Part shown: positions 25,910 to 36,100 of the stretch, in pieces
How the letters are laid out: each line of letters starts with the position of its first letter
Numbering within the stretch: the stretch's first letter is position 1
Assembly: GCA_033763315.1 (NCBI GenBank)
Contig: JANRKS010000005.1
Location: 192,001-256,000 of the forward strand
Source: Deltaproteobacteria bacterium
GTDB taxonomy: Bacteria > Myxococcota_A > Polyangia > Fen-1088
Direction of reading: 5' to 3'
DNA: 64,000 nucleotides
Translations under genes and position numbers: made by a program
The notes under the pieces: generated by a model
What the model was told of the DNA's origin: nothing
Seen by the model: the letters and a program-made list of their open reading frames with translations, nothing else
Databases searched by the model: none

Positions 25910-28069
25910 CGCGGCACGATCGCGCTTCTGGCGCCCGCGCGTGGTGCGATCCACATCCACCTGTGACAACGCCGCATACGTGGCCATCAGCGTCGCCACC
26001 CGCTCGGGCTGTTGCGCTGAAAGATCGTGTCGTTCGGCAAAGTCATGTTGCAGATCGTAAAGCTCGGCCAAGTTCTCCTTGCGCCGCACAAGAAGCTTAT
26101 GCGGCCACACAACCACGCCGAATTGATCCGATTCGTTCATCGGCAGGGGGCGCACACGGTTGGTCAACGCTTCGGGCGCGCCCGCGAGCAAAAGCGGCAA
26201 AACGCTGCGGCCATCCACCTGTTCTGCGCCATCCAAAGCTGAAAACAACTCCAGCAAGGTGGGATGCACGTCCAGCAGGGACACAGGCTGCGAGAGCTTG
26301 CGGCCCACATGCCCCGGCAAGCGCACGGCCAGCGGCACGTGGGTCAAGGCGTTGTAAAGGTATTTACCGTGGTTTTCCGGTAAACGTTTGTCTTCGCCCA
26401 GCCCTTCGCCGTGATCGCTTAACAACACCACCACTGTGTTGCTGGCCAGCGAACGTCGGGCGAGCTCCTGCAACACACGCCCCACTTCTTCATCCACAAG
26501 TTTCACCAGCCGGCGGTACTTTTCCGCGCGCCCCAAGGCCACGCTACCGCTAAGCGCCGCGCGCACACGTTTGTCTGTGGCTTGCAGCTCGTCGTGTTCG
26601 TGCACGTCGAAATAGTGCAGCCACAAGAAAAATGGCTGCGCGTTGTATCGGTTTGCATGGTGATCGAGCAGCGTCATTCCCTGGTCCGTGGTGCGCGCCG
26701 AGGTCGAATGGCTGGCCACGTCTCGCGTATACAGATCATTGACCAGCTCTTTGTATTCATCCACACCGCGGGTCAAAATCGGTTTGCCCACGTAACGCAC
26801 GACTTCGCTGGGAATCACGGCGTAGCAGCGGCGGCCTGTGCGTTTGAGCGCTTCGGCCAGCGTGGGAGCGGTGGTGGCAAAGGGATCCACCTGGCCCGTA
26901 AGAACGCCCGACATGGACAGATCCGTGCCCGCCGATGGGGCGAAGGCGCGCGTGAAGTGCTGCGATTCGTTCAGCAGACGGCACAGATTCGGATAGGCAG
27001 CGCACGTGGTGGGTGAGCCATCAACAACGTCGGCGCGCAGGGCATCAATCGATAGCAGCAGCAAGTTCATCTGCGCCGATGCCGCCAACGCTTGCTTCAC
27101 GGTTTGTGAATCGCGCCAACGTTGCGCTTCGTTGCGCTGCTGCGCGCGTTCGTTCGCCAACCGCTTGGCGGCCACGTTGTCGTCTAAGCCATCGCAGTTC
27201 TCGTCAACGCCGTTGCCGGGGATCTCCCGCGCGCCAGGGTTAATGCGCGCGTTGGCGTTGTTGCAGTCGCCGCCACCCAAAATGTTGGCATAGCCGTCGC
27301 CGTCAAAGTCGAACAAGCCTTGCGTGGCGCGCACGAGCAAACGCGTGTGTAGGCCACGCGTGGCCACGTGCCATCGTGATTGCGTTGTCTGCAAACCCGT
27401 GACAACGGCGATGATGAATGCACCCGCCACGGCCAAACTCACCACACGCGTGCGCCACAGTGAAGGCGCGGTCGCCGCTGGCCACGGGTTATGCAGCGTC
27501 TCTTCCACAAGCCGCGCGCCGAGCCCCGCGCAGACGGTGGCGACCACCAGAAGCAACGTGTGGACGTCAGGATAGCCACTGCGTTGAACTGTGCGGTTTA
27601 CAGCTTCGCAAAATATCGTTCCAACGATCAAACTCACGCCCAACGTCAGGCGTCGCGCCGGTGTGCTTGCCCATGGCCCCAAAATCCACGCCACGGACGC
27701 CAACGCCATCCACGCGAGCCCCGGAAACCATAAGGGCGCCCACGCAGCACCAGGCAACGTGCTGGCTTTTGCGCCCTCAAATAAGTGCAATCCCACGGGG
27801 ACCAAAGCGAACAAGCTGGGTGACGTGGCGAGCGTTGCACGTAACCACGGCTGCCTCGCCTTGGCCGCCATCGCCTGACCCACGGCAACGCCCACCCCCA
27901 CCAGCCATCCCAGCGCCGCGAACAGACTCAGCGTTGTGCCAATTAACGACAAGCTTGACGTCTGCAGCGTCACCAGTTCAAGGGGCAGCAAGAGGCCGGC
28001 GCCCACCCAACCGGTGGCCACATCGGCTGGGTTAAGCCAAGCTCGCCTCAACGAAGACAGCCGTACCAC
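25883..28069 (-). CDS. Multi-TM sulfatase-like hydrolase/transferase with MopE-like metal-binding repeat
   Basis: N-terminal TMs; DGDGY..DCNN..INPGAREIPGNGVDENCDG; SIDALRAD, HYFDVH, SDHGE, HG..LY...THVPL. Confidence 0.8.
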   Translation of the reverse strand: MVRLSSLRRAWLNPADVATGWVGAGLLLPLELVTLQTSSLSLIGTTLSLFAALGWLVGVGVAVGQAMAAKARQPWLRATLATSPSLFALVPVGLHLFEGAKASTLPGAAWAPLWFPGLAWMALASVAWILGPWASTPARRLTLGVSLIVGTIFCEAVNRTVQRSGYPDVHTLLLVVATVCAGLGARLVEETLHNPWPAATAPSLWRTRVVSLAVAGAFIIAVVTGLQTTQSRWHVATRGLHTRLLVRATQGLFDFDGDGYANILGGGDCNNANARINPGAREIPGNGVDENCDGLDDNVAAKRLANERAQQRNEAQRWRDSQTVKQALAASAQMNLLLLSIDALRADVVDGSPTTCAAYPNLCRLLNESQHFTRAFAPSAGTDLSMSGVLTGQVDPFATTAPTLAEALKRTGRRCYAVIPSEVVRYVGKPILTRGVDEYKELVNDLYTRDVASHSTSARTTDQGMTLLDHHANRYNAQPFFLWLHYFDVHEHDELQATDKRVRAALSGSVALGRAEKYRRLVKLVDEEVGRVLQELARRSLASNTVVVLLSDHGEGLGEDKRLPENHGKYLYNALTHVPLAVRLPGHVGRKLSQPVSLLDVHPTLLELFSALDGAEQVDGRSVLPLLLAGAPEALTNRVRPLPMNESDQFGVVVWPHKLLVRRKENLAELYDLQHDFAERHDLSAQQPERVATLMATYAALSQVDVDRTTRGRQKRDRAALSGAQPAP

Positions 28070-28289
28070 GGGGTGTTTATAGCGGGACCGCGGCGGGTTT
28101 GCCCGTCAGCGCTAACGAATGCGCAAAACACGCCGCGCGCCTGATTTGGGAAACCCGTGCGTGCGAAAAGAACACAATCGGACGAAAGCGAAAAGGCGCG
28201 CATTTCTACGGTGTTTTGCGCGAATTTTTGCCTAACATTGCGATCATTCCCTCTAGGGCTGGCTTCGCTTCGCTGCAAAGGACCGTACG

Positions 28290-29141
28290 ATGTCGACCTC
28301 ACGAACGCATCTCAAAACTATCCTGGCCGCTGCCTGTTTTGTTGGTTTCATTTCAGGGTGTGGCGCCGCCACCGGCGAGGTGGATACGGGGCAAAGCAAA
28401 GGTGGCAACGGAAGTGCCAGCGGAGGCAGTGGCGGTTTCAACGTTGATTTCGGCAACAACAACCAAGGTGGCGGCAACGTGGTGGGTGGCAACGGCTCGT
28501 CACTTGACAGCGGCGCTTGCGGGCAGATCGTCGCGACCATCCGCGACTTTGGGGACAAACACCCCGACTTCGAGAATCCCATGCTGATTCACTCCCAAGT
28601 CATCAAGGGCATGGTGAAGGCAACGTTGGACAACGACGGCAAGCCGCAATACGTGGCAACGAACCCGATCTCGGCCACGAGCGCTCAAACTTTCTCCCAG
28701 TGGTACCGCGATGTGGGCGGTGCGAACGAAAAATTCTCGGTGGTGCTGCCTCTGCAAGAGACCACACCGGGGGTGTTCGTCTACGAGAACAACCTGTTCT
28801 TTCCGATCGATGGCAAAGGGTTCGGCAACCAAGGCCGGGATCACAATTTCCACTTCACAACCGAAATCCGTGGCGGCTTTAAGTACCGTGGCGGCGAAAA
28901 GTTCACCTTCAAGGGCGATGACGACGTGTGGGTGTTCGTCAACGGCAAGCTCGCGCTTGATCTCGGCGGCATCCATGGTGCCGAGACCGCGGTGATCGAT
29001 TTTGATGCACGCGCTGGCGAGCTGGGCCTCACGGTGGGCAAGGTTTATCCGTTGGTGGTGTTCCACGCCGAGCGCCACGTCACGCAATCGAATTTCCGCA
29101 TGGAAACATCGATCGAGTGTCTGTCTGTGCCGGTGCTTTAG
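28290..29141 (+). CDS. Fibro-slime (PA14) domain lipoprotein
   Basis: Lipobox ISGC, Gly-rich linker, IRDF..HPDFE, FFPID, HNFHFTTE, GDDDVWVFVNGKLALDLGGIH, FHAER. Confidence 0.92.
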   Translation: MSTSRTHLKTILAAACFVGFISGCGAATGEVDTGQSKGGNGSASGGSGGFNVDFGNNNQGGGNVVGGNGSSLDSGACGQIVATIRDFGDKHPDFENPMLIHSQVIKGMVKATLDNDGKPQYVATNPISATSAQTFSQWYRDVGGANEKFSVVLPLQETTPGVFVYENNLFFPIDGKGFGNQGRDHNFHFTTEIRGGFKYRGGEKFTFKGDDDVWVFVNGKLALDLGGIHGAETAVIDFDARAGELGLTVGKVYPLVVFHAERHVTQSNFRMETSIECLSVPVL

Positions 29142-29147
29142 TGCAGC

Positions 29148-29627
29148 CTAAAGCCGATCCAGCACTTCAAGGCCGGCTTGCGAAACCTTCACGTCATCTT
29201 CCGATGGTCCGCCGCTAAACGCTGCGAATACGAAACCGCGTTTGACCTTCTTGGTGACGCCGCCCTTCCAACCCGTCTCACCCACGTAAACAGGGCGGCC
29301 GGCGTGCCCGCTGTCTTTGCCGGTGTGGGCCATTTCGCTGGCCTTTGTGTACGCGATGGCAAGGAGGTTTGCGGGAGGCTCGGGTGCCTTGCCTTCTTTT
29401 GTGAACGAGCCAACCACGCGCATTTTGGAGCTCCACCCGGTGACGCTGGCCCCTTCGGCGAACGCCACAACCGCTGCGCCCTGAATGTGTAGTTCAGTGG
29501 CCCGCTTCTCCATGGCGAGCAACGCCCGAGTTGCCACGTCATCGAAGCTGGCAGGCTTGGCTGCATAAGCCGAGAAGCACGCCAGGGCTACGCCGCACAC
29601 CGCAAGGGTCAACAAAAGGCGTTTCAT
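29148..29627 (-). CDS. Secreted GlcG/HbpS-like (putative haem-binding) protein
   Basis: Signal peptide; IAYTKA..A, GG, AAFSGG.SEDD..VS.AG pattern. Start re-called at ATG 29627. Confidence 0.65.
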   Translation of the reverse strand: MKRLLLTLAVCGVALACFSAYAAKPASFDDVATRALLAMEKRATELHIQGAAVVAFAEGASVTGWSSKMRVVGSFTKEGKAPEPPANLLAIAYTKASEMAHTGKDSGHAGRPVYVGETGWKGGVTKKVKRGFVFAAFSGGPSEDDVKVSQAGLEVLDRL

Positions 29628-29705
29628 GGTCACACTTTGGCCAAAAACGGCTCGCTCAGCAAGCCCGGGGATCGTCCGTAATGGTGGCACCTGCTCCTGC
29701 CTGCC

Positions 29706-32192
29706 ATGCTAGCGGCGACTATGCCCTTGCGTCCCGAAATTCTAGCCCCCGCTGGCGACCGCGCGTCTTTGGAAGCTGCTGTGCGCGCGGGCGCCGATGC
29801 GGTTTATTTTGGGCTTCAATCTTTCAACGCGCGGGCCCGCGCCGAAAATTTCACCGAGCAAGATCTGCCCGAACTGATGCGCTTTCTGCACACCAATGGC
29901 ACCAAAGGCTACGTTGCGCTGAACACGTTGGCGTTCGACGCCGAACTGCCGGCCGTTGAGCAAGCCATTCGCGCGTGCGCGGCCGCGGGCGTGGACGCGG
30001 TGATTGTGCAAGATCTCGGTGTGGCGCGCCTCTGCCAGGCGGTCGCGCCGGCATTGCCTCTGCACGCCTCCACACAGATGACCTGCACAGATGCGGGCGC
30101 TGTCAATTACGCCAAGGCACTAGGTGCCAAGCGCGTTGTGTTGGCGCGCGAACTTTCCCTTGATGACATTGATGCCATCGGCAAAGCCACCGACGTGGAG
30201 CTTGAGGTGTTTGTGCACGGGGCCTTGTGTATTTCATACTCCGGGCAGTGCTTAACAAGTGAAGCCTTAGGTGGACGCAGCGCCAACCGAGGGGCGTGCG
30301 CTCAGGCGTGCCGGTTGCCTTATGAGCTTGTGGTGGATGGGCAGCTGCGGCCCTTGGCTGATGTGGCGTATCTCTTATCGCCGCAAGATCTCGAAGCCAG
30401 CGCTGTGGTACCCAAGCTTGTGGAAATGGGCGTGAGGTCCTTCAAAATTGAGGGGCGCTTAAAAGGCCCACACTATGTGGCCGCCACCACGCGGCTTTAC
30501 CGTGAGGCGATCGACGCCAGCGTTGGCCAAGGTGAAAAGCCCGCGGAGCGAACGCGGCAAGTGGCGTTGCAAACCTATACGCGTGGCTCTGATGTGGGGT
30601 TCTTCGAGGGGGTCAATCACCAACGTTTGGTGGAAGGCAAACTGTGCGAGCACCGCGGGTTGCAAGTGGGGCACGTGTTGGGTACGCAAAAACGTCGCCA
30701 GCATACGTATGTGCACACGCATGTGACGGCCGAGCTTCGGCGAGGCGATGGCCTGTTGATTGAAGGCGGCCGCGTGGGTGCTGGTGAAGTGGGCGGGCGC
30801 GTGTGGGGACTTGTTCGCAAGCACAAAGATGTGGAAGCGGCCGCGGCGGGAGAGGATGTGTTGGTGTGGTTGGGGCCTGACGTTGATGCCGCGTCGGTGC
30901 GCGCCGGCCGACGTGTGTTTCGCACGGATGATCCAGGCGCGAAGAAGGCCATTGAAGCGCAGCTTGCCCATGCACACACGCGCGCCATCGACATCGACGT
31001 GGTGGGCGAGCTTGGGCAGGCCTTCGTGTTTACCGCCACGAACAGCAAAGGCGTGCGCGTGGTGGTCAACGGCGACACCCCCTTGCAAGTGGCCAAGCAG
31101 CGTCCATTGACGGTGGCGGCGCTGCGCGATCAGTTGGGGCGTTTGGGCGGCACGCCTTACCACCTCGGTGAACTGCGGGTGCAGATGCCCACAGACGCGC
31201 TGGTGCCCATCTCGTCGCTTAACCGCGCGCGGCGCGCGTTGGTGGAGGCGTTGACTGTCGCCTCGGAGCAAGCCTGGCCCACAACTTCCGTCACGTGCCG
31301 CTCGCTGCTGGAGCAGATGCCGCTGGCTGTGACTCGCACGGCACCCGCAGGGATCTATTTTCTGTGCCGCTCACTCGCCCAAGCGCGTGCCGCTTTGGCT
31401 GCCGGCGCCGATGGCGTGTATCTCGATTTTCTTGAATTGACGGGCACCGGCGAAGCGTTGCGTGCACTCAAGGGTGAAGGTGCGGCCTTTGTGGGCGTGG
31501 CACCGCCGCGCATTCGCAAACCTGGCGAAGACAAGATCGATCGATTCTTGTTGGGCCTCGCACCCGACGCTGTGTTGGTGCGTGGCTTGGGCGCGCTTGC
31601 AGAATTGCGGCCGCAAAGCACGGGCCCGCTGTTCATCGGTGACTTCTCGTTGAACGTGGCCAACCACATGAGTGCAAAGACGGTGCTGTCAGCCGGGCTC
31701 TCTGCGTTCACGCCGTCATTCGATCTCGATGCAAAGCAGTTGCAGGCGTTGCTGGATCCCAGCCTAGCGGCGCACGCGGAGGTGGTGATCCACAACCCCA
31801 TGCCGCTGTTCCACATGGAGCATTGTGTGATCGCCGCTTTGCTGTCGAAAGGCCGCGACCACCGCACGTGTGGCCGCCCATGCGAAACGCACAAAGTGTC
31901 GCTGCGTGACCGAGCGGGCATGGAACACCCGGTGGAGGCCGACGTGGGTTGTCGCAACACGGTTTTTCATGCTGCGGCTCAGAGCGCAGCGGCGTGGGCC
32001 GGGGCCTTGAAGAAAGCGGGGGTCGGACGGTTTCGGGTTGAACTTGTGCGCGAACCCCCCGCGGAAGTCGCCTCGTTGGTGCAGATTTATCGCGATTTGC
32101 TCGAAGGCAGGATGGACGCCACGGCTGCCCGCCACGTGCTGAAAACGGCTTCAGGCTATGGCGTTGTGAGTGGATCGTTGCGTGTGGTGTGA
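29706..32192 (+). CDS. U32 family protein with DUF3656 (RlhA-like rRNA hydroxylase)
   Basis: EILAPAG, GADAVYFG, HASTQM, EVFVHGALCISYSGQC, NRGACAQACR, KIEGR; central QLGRLGGTPY DUF3656. Confidence 0.85.
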   Translation: MLAATMPLRPEILAPAGDRASLEAAVRAGADAVYFGLQSFNARARAENFTEQDLPELMRFLHTNGTKGYVALNTLAFDAELPAVEQAIRACAAAGVDAVIVQDLGVARLCQAVAPALPLHASTQMTCTDAGAVNYAKALGAKRVVLARELSLDDIDAIGKATDVELEVFVHGALCISYSGQCLTSEALGGRSANRGACAQACRLPYELVVDGQLRPLADVAYLLSPQDLEASAVVPKLVEMGVRSFKIEGRLKGPHYVAATTRLYREAIDASVGQGEKPAERTRQVALQTYTRGSDVGFFEGVNHQRLVEGKLCEHRGLQVGHVLGTQKRRQHTYVHTHVTAELRRGDGLLIEGGRVGAGEVGGRVWGLVRKHKDVEAAAAGEDVLVWLGPDVDAASVRAGRRVFRTDDPGAKKAIEAQLAHAHTRAIDIDVVGELGQAFVFTATNSKGVRVVVNGDTPLQVAKQRPLTVAALRDQLGRLGGTPYHLGELRVQMPTDALVPISSLNRARRALVEALTVASEQAWPTTSVTCRSLLEQMPLAVTRTAPAGIYFLCRSLAQARAALAAGADGVYLDFLELTGTGEALRALKGEGAAFVGVAPPRIRKPGEDKIDRFLLGLAPDAVLVRGLGALAELRPQSTGPLFIGDFSLNVANHMSAKTVLSAGLSAFTPSFDLDAKQLQALLDPSLAAHAEVVIHNPMPLFHMEHCVIAALLSKGRDHRTCGRPCETHKVSLRDRAGMEHPVEADVGCRNTVFHAAAQSAAAWAGALKKAGVGRFRVELVREPPAEVASLVQIYRDLLEGRMDATAARHVLKTASGYGVVSGSLRVV

Positions 32193-32233
32193 ATGCGGCG
32201 CACGCCTTGCAATGCCTGCGCGAGGAGGCTCTC

Positions 32234-32896
32234 ATGACAAGAACGTCGTTTGCTTACGTGTGCTTCGCGTGCATATCTTGGGGCTGTGCGGCGGATCCGG
32301 CGCGCCGGGTTGATCCAGATGAACGCAGCGCCCTAGCCCACCGACAAGAGGCGGCGCATGAAGCCCAAGCGGCGCATCACCATGAATCGCAGTATTCACC
32401 GAACGCGACGGAAGTGAGCCCATTTCGTGCGCGGTCGGGTGATGGTGATCTGACAGAAGCGACGGCGGTGGTGAACCCCACAGAAATCCATCTCACCCAG
32501 GCCCAGTGGCACAAAGCCCACGCTGAGGCGCACTTGAAGGCCGCGCAACAGCTTGAGCGTTTTGAAGACGAGGCTTGCAAGGGCACGCCTGTCAAAGAGC
32601 GCGCCGCTTGCCCGTTGCTGGGCCCCGTGACCCACATCCGCGATGTGGAGGGCGGTGTGGCCATCGACTTATCGCCGAAGGTCGACGCCGCGCAAGCCAC
32701 GGCGGTCATGCGTTGCCATTACGCTTTTGCCCGCACGCGTGGGTTTGCTCCTGAAGCGGCCGCCTGCCCGCTTTACGTGCGAGGCCTAAACATTGAACAG
32801 GCCGGTGCCCACACGGTTGAGATCACCGCAAAAGATGCGGCAACGGTCAAACATGTGCGAGATTCTGCGCGCGCGGAAAGTGTTGCAGCTCCTTAG
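32234..32896 (+). CDS. His/Cys-rich hypothetical lipoprotein
   Basis: GAGGAGG RBS, ISWGC lipobox-like; ACPL motif twice. Confidence 0.7.
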   Translation: MTRTSFAYVCFACISWGCAADPARRVDPDERSALAHRQEAAHEAQAAHHHESQYSPNATEVSPFRARSGDGDLTEATAVVNPTEIHLTQAQWHKAHAEAHLKAAQQLERFEDEACKGTPVKERAACPLLGPVTHIRDVEGGVAIDLSPKVDAAQATAVMRCHYAFARTRGFAPEAAACPLYVRGLNIEQAGAHTVEITAKDAATVKHVRDSARAESVAAP

Positions 32897-33159
32897 TGGC
32901 GCTGTGTGCGTGCGGATCGAGCGACACAGCAACATCCAACGCCGCACTCGATGAGTAGGATTCGTTACTGAATTGCTCAAGGCTTTCTGTCGTCCCGTCG
33001 ATCTTCAAAGGTCGCGGACGGGTGAAGGTCAAGCAACGCAAACGCGCGACGATGGCGTCAGGAAAGCGACGCCAAATTGTCGTGTGATTCTGCGAACCAG
33101 GAACTTCACCACGGACCGCGTGTCAACGAATTGGCTCGCAACGGGGTGGAATCAGCGAA

Positions 33160-36100
33160 ATGCGCAACGGTCTTCAGCGACGTTCTGGGGTATGCGGACA
33201 AACAAAATGGCTGGCGTTGTTGCCATGCGCGGCGGTGCTTGCCGCCTGTGGAGGTGGCGGCGGTACGGTCAGCGTTGACGGTGGCGGCACTGTCTTGCCA
33301 CCGGGGGTGGATGCCAACGAGATGGCTCCCTCGCCAGACGAAGATGCGAATACCGTGTCGGGGATGGACGCCGACGACCGGGAATCAGGTGGCGTGGTTT
33401 CAGCACAGCGCCGCCCTCAGATGCTATCGGTTCCGCCGTCATTTGTGTTGACCACCGAAGAGTATTCGTACACCCCGAAGCATTCGTATGTGGGTGACAC
33501 ACAATGGAATGTTGTGTCTGCACCGCAGGGCGTAGCGGTGCGTGAACGCCGAGTGGTGGCGGATCCGGGCACGTTGCCGGCAGGCGATCACATGATCGTG
33601 ATCGAAGCCAACGTGAACGACACAGTCGTGCGCCAGAGTTTCCCGTTGACCGTGGCGGAACCCGTGCAGCGCGCGGCTCGCCTCGTGACCTCCGATGAGC
33701 CCGCGCAGGTTTCCGTGCAATCGGAAGTGAGCCGCGTGCGGCGCTCGGCCGTGTCCGTGCCCGCCGGGGCCGTGGAGAACGACACAATCGTTTCCATCAA
33801 CGAAGTGAGCCGCGTGCCCGCGCGTGCTGCGTTTAGCGCAGGCGGCCCCGTGGTTGACTTCGGCCCTTCAGGCACTGTTTTCCGCAAGCGCGCGACGGTC
33901 ACGTTGCCACTTGATTCCACGACGATGGACCCAAACAAAGTCGGCGCTTTCACCTACAACACCAAAGCCGGTCGATGGGAGCCGGTCGAAGTTTTGGCCA
34001 TAGACAAGCCCAACAAGCTTGTGATCGCGAAGGCGTCGCACTTCTCGATGTACATGGCCGCGGAATCTGCCTTCGCCTTGGAAAGTTCCCTTGGGCTCAT
34101 GCCGAACCCGCCGCGCTGTGAAGGCAATGTGTCCGCACAAAGCGTGCTTAAGGCGACAGACTCAGATGTTCCCGCCGCCTCTGTGAACAATCTTTCCGAC
34201 GAGATGAAGGCGCTTCTGCCCGCTTCGGTTGACGCCGATATGGATGGCGTTCCTGAGAAGCAGGCCTCCGTTCGTGATCTGCTGTTATCAGGAAAGTTCC
34301 GCGGCACCTTGCGCTTTGTTTATGTGACGTCGTTGTTTGAAGGGGAGGAAGCGCAACGCGTGGAAGTGGGCCAACAGGCTTTGGCCGCCTCGCTGTTCGT
34401 CGGCGACGATGGCAAAGCATTGGTGACGCTGACCGACGCCGTTGGCAACGTGCTTGAATCCAAGACCTTCGCCGATGTGGCGAACAACTTGGCTGCCATG
34501 TGGCCGCGCCTCACGGGCGCTTCGTTGCACGCGATCTTTGCAGATGCACCCAAGACGGGCCTCAGCCTCGGCGCGCGCGTGCACATGATCTATTACCCCG
34601 ACAACCGCACCTCCGAAGCGTTCGGCGTGGCGGATCTGGGGCAATCGCTGGTTGAAACGTCGCCAGGCGTCAGTGTTGATCCCATGGCGCGTGCCAACGA
34701 TTACGACATCGACTGTGACCACTTGGTCGGCCAGTTCGATGGCGATGACAGCCGGTTCAGCCCCGTTGTGAGCGCGACGCCTGAGGACGTCACGTCGATG
34801 TTCGTTGGCGAAACAGTACGCCTTTCGGCCACTGTGTTGAACGTGAGCTCGACCCCCGAAGCACAGTGGGACGCCGGTGGTGGCACGCTGACGCCAGCCG
34901 CGGATGACCCGGACGCCCGCCAATTCACGGCCTCGCAGCCGGGGCGATACTCGATCGTGTTCAAGGCAAAGTCTGGTACAACCGCCTTGTCGCACACGTT
35001 CGTGGTGGACGTGTCTGCGTTGCCGATCACCAACACGCCGCCGCAATGTTCCCCGCTTGCCAGCGCTGACACGGGCGTGGTGGGTGAGGTGGTTGCACTC
35101 AAGGCCTTGGTGCAAGACAAAGAATCACCAGCGGATGCCCTGACCGTGGAATGGGGGCTTTTGGATCCAGGCGCCGATCCCTTATCAACAGTCGATGATA
35201 AGTTGGTTGCTACAGGTCTTGTTGAAGGCGAGGGCATTGTTGGTACTTTGTCGCTAAAGAACGAGGGCACCTTCACAGTGGCCTGCCGTGCGTTCGATGG
35301 CAAAGTTTGGGGGGCGCCAGGCACCACGCGGGTGGCAGCGGTGGCCAAGGGCGTGAACCAAGCACCTACCGATGTGTTTCTGTCGCCTTCCGTGGCTGAC
35401 TTGCTCGTGGGGCAAACGGTTCAACTTGCCTTGCGGGCCAGCGATCCTGAAGGCAAGCCGTTGACGTTCGTTTGGAAAGCAACGCTTGGAACAACCGGCG
35501 AGGACGTGCCGCTGTTGGGCGAGCCGTTTGCCATCGTGGGTGGCAGTGCAGTGGTGTTCACTGGTTCGCAGGCTGGCGTGTTTGAGGTCCGCGCCGATGT
35601 GTCCGATGGCGAATTCAAGGGCGAAACCCAGGTGGCGAAGATCCTGGTCCGGGAGAAGGCGCCCTCCAAGGTCGATATGGACCAAGACGGATTCTCGGCG
35701 GGCACAGGACCGGGCGAAGACTGCAACGACGCCGACGCCAAGATCAACCCCGGCGCCTTCGATATCTGTGGCAACGACGTGGATGAAAACTGCGACGGCG
35801 TGGTGTCAAAGGATGATTGCGACCGAGATGGTTGGAAGGTTTGTGCGGCGGGCGCTTCCGAGGGATGCGACTGCAACGACGGCAACGCGCAGGTGAGTCC
35901 CGCGGCGCGTGAGTTGTGTGACGGCAAAGACAACAACTGTGACGGCAAGGTGGACGAGAACTTTGGCGTGGGCCTCGCCTGTACCGTGGGCCTGGGTGCG
36001 TGCCAGAACTCGGGCAAAATGCAGTGTGCGCCAGATGGCCAACGGGCTTTGTGCGCTGGTGCGCCATTGGCGGCCAAGCCAGAGATTTGTGACGACGTTG

